A stretch of DNA of 64,000 nt from NCBI GenBank assembly GCA_965213705.1, contig OZ243913.1, positions 3,872,001 to 3,936,000 on the forward strand, in the 5' to 3' direction. Position 1 is the stretch's first letter; the number at the start of each line of letters is the position of its first letter. This DNA is from Trueperaceae bacterium (GTDB lineage Bacteria > Deinococcota > Deinococci > Deinococcales > Trueperaceae). Made by a program: the position numbers and the translations under genes. This document shows, piece after piece, positions 57,433 to 64,000 of this stretch. The notes under the pieces were generated by a model, which searched no databases, had not been told where the DNA came from, and saw nothing but the letters and a program-made list of their open reading frames with translations.

Positions 57433-58422
57433 TTGTTTCAAACGGAGACACCGATGCAGACAGGGCTCGAGCGACCCCACTCCACACGCCGCAGGCCGCG
57501 CTTCAGCCTCGCGCGGCGTGAGGCGGTTTGGGCGTATATTTTTTTGGCCGTCCCGCTTATCTTTTTTTTGGGCTTTCGCATCTGGCCCGCGTTTCAGTCG
57601 TTTTACCTGTCGCTGTTCAGTTGGCACGTGGACGCCGTGCAGCGCGAATTTTTGGGCGTGGCGCAGTACCGGCAAATGCTGGCCGACCCCAAGCTGCACC
57701 GCGCGCTCCTCAACACGCTGCTCTACACCGCCATCATCGTGCCTGCACAGCTCGCCCTGGGCCTCGGCATCGCCTCGCTGCTGAATTCGGTCGACAAGTT
57801 TCAGCCGCTCTTTCGGGCGATTTATTTTGCGCCCTACGTCACGCCCGCGGCGGCGGTCGCCTGGGTCTGGGGCTGGATGTACTCGGTGAACTTCGGCGTC
57901 ATCAATAACGGCCTTATCGAGTGGAGCTTGTTTTGGGAGCGCTTGGGGATGGGTTGGCTGTCAATCGACCCACAGCCCTTTTTGACCTCGCCCCGGCAAG
58001 CCCTGGCGGCGGTGGCGGCGGTCGTGGTGTGGCAGAACCTGGGCTTTCAAGTCGTCATCTTTTTGGCCGGGCTCAAGGGGATTCCGAGGATGTTTTACGA
58101 GGCGGCAGAAATCGACGGGGCGGGCCGCTGGGCGCTGTTTAGAAACATCACCTGGCCGCTGCTGAACCCGGTCATCGTGTTCTCGCTCATCATCTCGACG
58201 ATCGCCTCGCTGCAACTGTTCGACCAGGTCGTGAACATCAACTTTACCGACCAGGGCGGGCCGCTCAACAGCACGCTCACCATTGCGCTGTACATGTACC
58301 AGGAAGCGTTCTCTCGTTTCCGCCTGGGCTACGCCGCCGCGGTGACGGTGCTGCTGTTCGCGCTGATTCTCGTCGTGACGCTGCTCCAGTTCAGGTTTGC
58401 CAGCAAGCGGGTCGAGTACTGA
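57433..58422 (+). CDS. Carbohydrate ABC transporter permease
   Basis: FLAGL.GIP...YEAAEIDGA EAA motif, multiple TM. Confidence 0.93.
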   Translation: MFQTETPMQTGLERPHSTRRRPRFSLARREAVWAYIFLAVPLIFFLGFRIWPAFQSFYLSLFSWHVDAVQREFLGVAQYRQMLADPKLHRALLNTLLYTAIIVPAQLALGLGIASLLNSVDKFQPLFRAIYFAPYVTPAAAVAWVWGWMYSVNFGVINNGLIEWSLFWERLGMGWLSIDPQPFLTSPRQALAAVAAVVVWQNLGFQVVIFLAGLKGIPRMFYEAAEIDGAGRWALFRNITWPLLNPVIVFSLIISTIASLQLFDQVVNINFTDQGGPLNSTLTIALYMYQEAFSRFRLGYAAAVTVLLFALILVVTLLQFRFASKRVEY

Positions 58423-58435
58423 TGGGGGTGTCAAG

Positions 58436-59308
58436 ATGGCGGTGAGAGCGCAGGTCGGGCGGCGCAGTGAAACGCAGCGGCCCCGGTCCAAGCGCAGGCT
58501 CGAGGGCGGCACGGTTCTCGCCTACACTCTCCTGATTTTGGGCAGCGTGGTGATGTTCTTTCCTTTTCTGTGGATGCTCCTGAGTTCGTTCAAGGACATC
58601 CGCGAGATTTTGGGCTTTCACATTCTCCCGAAAGTCTGGACGCTGCAAAACTACCGTGAGGTTCTGTTCGACACGCGCTTTCCGCGCTGGTTTCTGAACA
58701 GCTTTATCGTGGCGGGGGCGAGCACGCTGTCGGTACTGTTTTTCTGCTCGCTCGTCGGCTACACCCTGACCCGGCTGCGCTTTCCGGGGCGCGAATTTGT
58801 CTTCATCCTGATTTTAAGTACTTTAATGGTCCCGACCGAGATGCTGGTGATTCCGTGGTTCGTGACCTCCTCGCAGTACGGCTGGGTCAATACCTTTTGG
58901 GGCATCGCCTTTCCGGGCTTGATTCCCGCTTTCGGCGTTTTTTTGATGCGGCAGTTTTTCCTGACCCTGCCTCGAGACCTGTTCGACGCGGCCAGGGTCG
59001 ACGGCGTGAACGAATTTGGGCTGTTCTGGCGCATTGGCTTGCCGCTGGTACGGCCGGCGCTGGCGGCCTTAGGTATTTTTGCGTTCATCGGCAACTGGAA
59101 CGCCTTTTTGTGGCCGCTCATCGTCGCCAAAAGCCCCGACATGCGCACCGTCCCGGTCGGCATCGCCCTGTTTTCAGGTGAGGCCGGAACCGCCTGGAAC
59201 CTCATCATGGCCGCCAACGCGCTGGCGATTCTGCCGGTGCTGCTGGTGTTCTTTATTTTTCAAAAACAGATTATCGAGGGCGTGGTGCTGACGGGGACGA
59301 AGGGGTGA
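58436..59308 (+). CDS. Carbohydrate ABC transporter permease
   Basis: FLMRQFF..LP..L.DAARVDG, WN.FLWP. Confidence 0.93.
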   Translation: MAVRAQVGRRSETQRPRSKRRLEGGTVLAYTLLILGSVVMFFPFLWMLLSSFKDIREILGFHILPKVWTLQNYREVLFDTRFPRWFLNSFIVAGASTLSVLFFCSLVGYTLTRLRFPGREFVFILILSTLMVPTEMLVIPWFVTSSQYGWVNTFWGIAFPGLIPAFGVFLMRQFFLTLPRDLFDAARVDGVNEFGLFWRIGLPLVRPALAALGIFAFIGNWNAFLWPLIVAKSPDMRTVPVGIALFSGEAGTAWNLIMAANALAILPVLLVFFIFQKQIIEGVVLTGTKG

Positions 59309-59423
59309 GGAGAGCTTAGAGAGATAGGGAGCTAAAATCTTTTTCTCCTCCGCTCCTCTGCTCCTCCGCGCCCCTTCTCTCAAACCCCGAGGTGCTACGC
59401 TCTACCCAGAGGGGGAACCCGCT

Positions 59424-60644
59424 ATGCCTTCGACGGAACGCAAATACGACCTGTACTCGCACACCTTCAAGGTGAACGCTTACCAGACCTTCAAAGCGCT
59501 GCGCACCCAGAACCCCATCCTGCGCCAGTTGAGTTTGGACGGCACGACGATGATTTGGTTCGTCAGCCGCTACGACGATGTCGAAGCGGTGCTGCGCGAC
59601 CCGCGTTTTGTGCGTGACGAGCGCAGCGCCAAACCGCCCGAGCAAGCGTGGCAGCGCTCGCTGTTGGAAGACCTCATCAGCAACCACATGCTGAACAAGG
59701 ACGGCGACGACCACCACCGTTTGCGCGCACTCGTCAGCCAAGCCTTCACGCCGAAACGGGTGCGCGAGTTGCGCCCGCGCGTTCAGGCCGTCGCCGACGA
59801 ACTTCTGGACGGTTTGCAGGCGCAAGGCCAGATGGACCTCATCGGCGACTTCGCTTTTCACCTGCCCACCATCGTGATTTTGGAAATGCTCGGCGTGCCA
59901 GTTCAAGACCGCGAACGGTTCAAAGCTTGGTCGAACGCGGCGGTGAGTCCGGTGCTGAACGAGAGCGATTTGACTGAGTTTTATAATCACATGCAGGCGT
60001 TCATGGCTTACCTGCGCGAGCTGTTCGCCGCGCGGCGTGCCGAGCCCCAAGACGACCTCATCAGCGGGCTCATCCAGGCCGAACAAGAGGGCGACTCTCT
60101 GAGTGAGAACGAGCTGTTCAGCACGGTATTTTTGCTCATCGTCGCGGGGCACGAGACGACCGTGAACCTCATCGGCAACAGCGTTTTGGCGCTGCTGCTG
60201 AATCCCGACCAACTCGCCGAACTGAAAAACGACCCCGCGCTCATGCCGAACGCGGTCGAGGAATTCTTGCGCTTCGACGGCTCGGTCGAGCGGGCGCTCA
60301 ACCGCTGGGCCGCCGAGGATGTCGAGTTGCACGGACAGACCATCCGCCGCGGCGACCCGGTGATTTTGATTTTGGGCGCGGCCAACCACGACCTGGAAAA
60401 GTTCGACCAGCCGGACGACCTTCACGTCACCCGGCAACCAAACCCCCACCTCGGCTTCGGCAAGGGCATCCACTACTGCCTCGGCGCACCGCTGGCGCGT
60501 TTGGAAACCGAAATTGCGCTGAACACGCTGCTCCACCGGTTGCCAAACCTCAGCTTGAACACCGCCGAGAGCAACCTGCGCTGGCGCAACACGCCGGGGT
60601 TCAAGGGGTTGGAAGCATTGCCGGTGGCGTGGGAGAAGGCGTGA
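59424..60644 (+). CDS. Cytochrome P450 (CYP107-like)
   Basis: AGHETT, EE.LRF, HLGFGKGIHYCLG. Confidence 0.96.
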   Translation: MPSTERKYDLYSHTFKVNAYQTFKALRTQNPILRQLSLDGTTMIWFVSRYDDVEAVLRDPRFVRDERSAKPPEQAWQRSLLEDLISNHMLNKDGDDHHRLRALVSQAFTPKRVRELRPRVQAVADELLDGLQAQGQMDLIGDFAFHLPTIVILEMLGVPVQDRERFKAWSNAAVSPVLNESDLTEFYNHMQAFMAYLRELFAARRAEPQDDLISGLIQAEQEGDSLSENELFSTVFLLIVAGHETTVNLIGNSVLALLLNPDQLAELKNDPALMPNAVEEFLRFDGSVERALNRWAAEDVELHGQTIRRGDPVILILGAANHDLEKFDQPDDLHVTRQPNPHLGFGKGIHYCLGAPLARLETEIALNTLLHRLPNLSLNTAESNLRWRNTPGFKGLEALPVAWEKA

Positions 60645-60793
60645 GTCAGTAGTTGGTCGGTAGTCAGAATTCAGTAGTCCTCAGTTTTTCGACTAGACGC
60701 CTGCAAGACACACAACTTACTTTTCTTTCTACTTTCCACTCGGTACCTTCTAACAAAGGAAGTTTGCCAAAAGCCCTCGTACCCGCACCGAAG

Positions 60794-61618
60794 TCAACTG
60801 TAGTCTCGAGGGTCGAGGACGTCGCGTAACCCGTCGCCCAACAGGTTGAAGGCCATAACGGTGACGAGAATCGCCAGGGCGGGGAACGTCGAGGCCCACG
60901 GCGCTTCTTTGATGAAGTTGCGGGTGTCCGACACCATCGCGCCCCACTCCGGCGTGGGCGGTTGCGCGCCGAAGCCGATGAAACTGAGGCCGGCGGCGGT
61001 CAAAATGGCCCCGCCGATGTCGAAGCTGGCTTGGATGAGCGCAGGGCTGAGGCTGTTGGGCAACAGGTGTCGCCAAGCGACCCTGGGCATACCCGCGCCC
61101 AAAGCCCTGGCCGCCTCGACGAACTCTAAGTTTCTCAGGCCCAAAACTTGTGCGCGCATCAGGCGGGCGTAAATAGGCCAGGACACGGCGGCCACGGCAA
61201 TCATCACGTTGGTCAAGCTGCGTCCCAGCGCCGCCGCAATCGCCATCGCCAAGATGAGCGCGGGAAACGCCAAAAATATGTCGGTGACGCGCATCAGAAT
61301 GTCGTCCCAGATGCCCCCCAACAGGGCGGCGAACAGCCCGACGGCGGAGCCGACCGTGATGGCGAGCACCACGACGAAAAAGCCTAAGCGCAGCGAAATC
61401 CTCGTGCCGTGGATGACGCGGCTGTACACGTCCCGCCCGAGCGAATCGGTACCGAACCAGTGCTCAAAACTGGGCGGCTCGAGCCGCACGGACAAGTTTT
61501 GGGCGTTGGGGTCTCCCGCCAAAAAAGGCCCCAACACGGCGACCAAGAAAAGCAGCACGACCAACACGAAGCCTAGAACTGTGCCGGGGTTTCTGAAAAA
61601 CCGCCTGAAGGTTTTCAC
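60794..61618 (-). CDS. Peptide ABC transporter permease (DppC/OppC type)
   Basis: HWFGTD.LGRD..SR, FVEAARALGA, PP.PEWG, NLLGDGLRD.LDPR. Confidence 0.94.
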   Translation of the reverse strand: MKTFRRFFRNPGTVLGFVLVVLLFLVAVLGPFLAGDPNAQNLSVRLEPPSFEHWFGTDSLGRDVYSRVIHGTRISLRLGFFVVVLAITVGSAVGLFAALLGGIWDDILMRVTDIFLAFPALILAMAIAAALGRSLTNVMIAVAAVSWPIYARLMRAQVLGLRNLEFVEAARALGAGMPRVAWRHLLPNSLSPALIQASFDIGGAILTAAGLSFIGFGAQPPTPEWGAMVSDTRNFIKEAPWASTFPALAILVTVMAFNLLGDGLRDVLDPRDYS

Positions 61619-62622
61619 GCGTAACTAATTCTCGGGTCGAAGACGGCGTAAAAAAGGTCGACCAACAAGTTGATGAACGAGTAGCTGATACCGGCGACCA
61701 GGGTCACCGCCATGACCGCGGGAAAGTCCAAACCGATGACGCTCGAGGTCGCGTAACTGCCCAGTCCCGGCCAGGAAAAAATCGTTTCGGTCAGCACCGC
61801 GCCCGCCAACAGTCCGCCCAGAACGTTGCCCGCCACCGTCAAAATAGGCAGCGCCGCGTTGCGCAGCGCGTGCTTCCAGATGACTTTCAAATTATGAACG
61901 CCTTTCGAGCGCGCGGTGCGGACATAATCTTGCTTGAGAACTTCCAACATGGCGCTGCGCGTCATGCGGGTAATCAGCGCCGTCGAAAAACTCCCCAAGA
62001 CCAGCGCGGGCAAAATCAGCCGACTTAAAGAATCCCGAAACGCTTCAAAGTCTCCGGCGATAAGGGTGTCGATGGACATAAAACCCGTCACGGTTTCGGG
62101 CGGAAAGATAAAAGCGCTGAGCCGACCCGGACCCGGCAGCCAACCCAGCCTCGCGTGCAACAGGTCGAGCAAGATGAGCGCCAACCAGTAAATAGGCACA
62201 GCGCCCCCTACGAGCGCCAAGCTGCGCACCAAAACGTCGATGGTCCCGTCTTGGTACAGGGCGGCAATCATGCCGAGAGGAATCCCCAAGACCAGTGCGA
62301 CCAGCAAAGCCGCCAGCGTAAGTTCCAGGGTGGCCGGGAAAAACTCTTTCAAGTCGCTCGAGATACTTCGCTTGGTCCGTAGCGACTGCCCCAAGTCACC
62401 TCTCAGCAGCTTCGCCATGTACACCCTATATTGCACCAGGAGGGGGTCGTTGAGGCCGTAGGTCTCGCGGAAAGCGTCGACTTGTTCCTGCCGCGCGTTG
62501 CTGCCCAGCGCCGCCGCCGCGGGGTCGGTCGGCACGACGTTGGCTAAAAAAAAGGTCGCCGTACACACCCCCCAAAGCACGAACACCATGTGCCAAAGAC
62601 GTTTGAGCAGGTAGCTGAACAT
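61615..62622 (-). CDS. Peptide ABC transporter permease (DppB/OppB type)
   Basis: GDLG.S, PATLEL, DYVRTARSKG, ETIFSWPGLG, DPRI. Confidence 0.94.
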   Translation of the reverse strand: MFSYLLKRLWHMVFVLWGVCTATFFLANVVPTDPAAAALGSNARQEQVDAFRETYGLNDPLLVQYRVYMAKLLRGDLGQSLRTKRSISSDLKEFFPATLELTLAALLVALVLGIPLGMIAALYQDGTIDVLVRSLALVGGAVPIYWLALILLDLLHARLGWLPGPGRLSAFIFPPETVTGFMSIDTLIAGDFEAFRDSLSRLILPALVLGSFSTALITRMTRSAMLEVLKQDYVRTARSKGVHNLKVIWKHALRNAALPILTVAGNVLGGLLAGAVLTETIFSWPGLGSYATSSVIGLDFPAVMAVTLVAGISYSFINLLVDLFYAVFDPRISYA

Positions 62623-62686
62623 AGGTTCGTCACGACCTCGCTGGAATCGGTACAGTTTCCCAACCGTAGAGCCGCCGACAGGACGA

Positions 62687-62718
62687 GCCGCCCCTCTCGA
62701 GTTTGACAGAGGGGCGGC
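62687..62718. repeat. AGAGGGGCGGC stem-loop, copy 3
   Basis: GCCGCCCCTCT-10 nt-AGAGGGGCGGC right after the binding-protein stop. Confidence 0.75.
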
Positions 62719-62730
62719 GTTCTGCAGGCG

Positions 62731-64000
62731 TCAGTTTTTGCTGATGGCCGTAAAGTCTACATTTCCTTGGGCATTGCGGACAAAGCCGTCCACGTTCGAG
62801 CGCGTGACGATGGCTTTGACGGGTTGGTAGAGGATGGCGTAAGGCCCGTTCATAGCCACGTATTCGGTCAGCTCGGCGTAGGTGTCTTGGCGTACGGCCG
62901 TGTCCGACTCGGCCGCGCCGCGACTTGCCAACTCGCTCGCCGTCGCGTCGTCCCAGACGTTGCGCCAGGCGAGCGACTGGGCGGCGAAATTAGCCAAAGG
63001 CGTGACGTTGCCGTCGGGGTCGGGATAGTCGGGGCTCCAGTCGGCGAGAATCATCTGCGCTTCTTGGGCGCGGTACAGGGTGTACATTTCACCCGAAACC
63101 ATCTGGCGGATGTTGGCGGTGATGCCCACCGCGGCTAAATCACTCTGAATTTTCGCGGCTAAGTCACTGCACGGCACGCCGCCGTTGCACGAGCCCGTCG
63201 CGGTCAGGAACTCTACTTCCAAATTTTCTACGCCCGCCTCTGCCAAAAGCGCCCTGGCTTTTTCGGGGTCGTAGTCGTAGAGCGTGTCGGTGTTGGCCCC
63301 CAACAGACCTCTGGGGATGATGGTCTGCATTTTGCTGCCCAAACCGCTCAGCAGTTCGTTGATGATGCCCTCCTGGTCGATGGCGTGGCGCACCGCTTGG
63401 CGCACCCGGTTGTCTTCGAACGGGGCACCGGGGCCGGAATTCATGCCCAGGTAAGCCATCTGAAAGTTGTCGGTGCGTAAAGCGTTGAAGTCATTGTTGT
63501 TTTCGGCGTTGAGAAAAGCGTCCGGCGTCAGGTCGTAGGCGATGTCGACCTCACCGCTTTGCAGCGCGGCTTCCTGAGACGAGGATTCTTGCATGTTGCG
63601 CAACACGACGCGCGTGATAGCGCCGGACTTCGAGGCGTTGGGGTTCGCTTCTAGCAGCACTTGCGAGCCTTTGTCCCAGCGGCTGAGCCCGTAAGGCCCC
63701 GAGCCCGCCGAGGTGTCGGCCAACCAGCCGCTGCCCCAGTCGCCGTCCACCTCGTGTTCCTTGACCACTGCCGAGTCCACGACGCCGCCCGTGACAAAGG
63801 TCAAAACGTTCAAAGCGATGCTGGGGTTGGTCGCTTCGGGCAAATGTAGCACCACGGTTTTTTCGTCCAGCGCCTCGGTGTCCCCGGCGGCCAGGCCGAG
63901 CACGTCGGTGACCAAAAAGGACGACGGCCCGGCAATCCCGATGACCCGCTCGAGCGAGTAAACGACGTCGTCCGCCGTGACCGGGTTGCCACTTTGAAAC
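62731..64000 (-). CDS. Peptide ABC transporter substrate-binding protein (5' end outside window)
   Basis: GNPVTADDVVYS, GSGPY, RVRQA...AID, YDPEKARALLAEAG, W..DYPDP. Confidence 0.93.
   Translation of the reverse strand, partial: FQSGNPVTADDVVYSLERVIGIAGPSSFLVTDVLGLAAGDTEALDEKTVVLHLPEATNPSIALNVLTFVTGGVVDSAVVKEHEVDGDWGSGWLADTSAGSGPYGLSRWDKGSQVLLEANPNASKSGAITRVVLRNMQESSSQEAALQSGEVDIAYDLTPDAFLNAENNNDFNALRTDNFQMAYLGMNSGPGAPFEDNRVRQAVRHAIDQEGIINELLSGLGSKMQTIIPRGLLGANTDTLYDYDPEKARALLAEAGVENLEVEFLTATGSCNGGVPCSDLAAKIQSDLAAVGITANIRQMVSGEMYTLYRAQEAQMILADWSPDYPDPDGNVTPLANFAAQSLAWRNVWDDATASELASRGAAESDTAVRQDTYAELTEYVAMNGPYAILYQPVKAIVTRSNVDGFVRNAQGNVDFTAISKN

Noticed and set aside
51878..60536. Long antisense ORFs (for example 51878-53143, 53140-54003, 59316-60536)
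   Set aside because: Shadows of well-supported genes in high-GC DNA with no recognisable motifs, unlike the HNH ORF.

Overview
GC-rich bacterial chromosome segment, most likely Deinococcota (Truepera-like), judged from a GlnRS with a C-terminal Yqey domain, the DUF5693-csaB pair, many apparently leaderless genes and very frequent CTCGAG. It carries housekeeping genes (pyrG, udk, purD, purN, glnS, tRNA-Ser), a partly decayed cluster of large surface lipoproteins, stress genes (PspA, catalase, TrxC), sugar and peptide ABC loci and a type II TA pair. The standout is at 23157-26364: two tandem spore-photoproduct-lyase-like radical SAM genes. The second is fractured inside its CxxxCxxC motif by a naturally split intein (IntN 96 aa, IntC 39 aa, separate ORFs). 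A free-standing Zn-finger/HNH endonuclease lies between the halves on the opposite strand and overlaps IntN. All calls come from reading motifs by eye; no database search was run.
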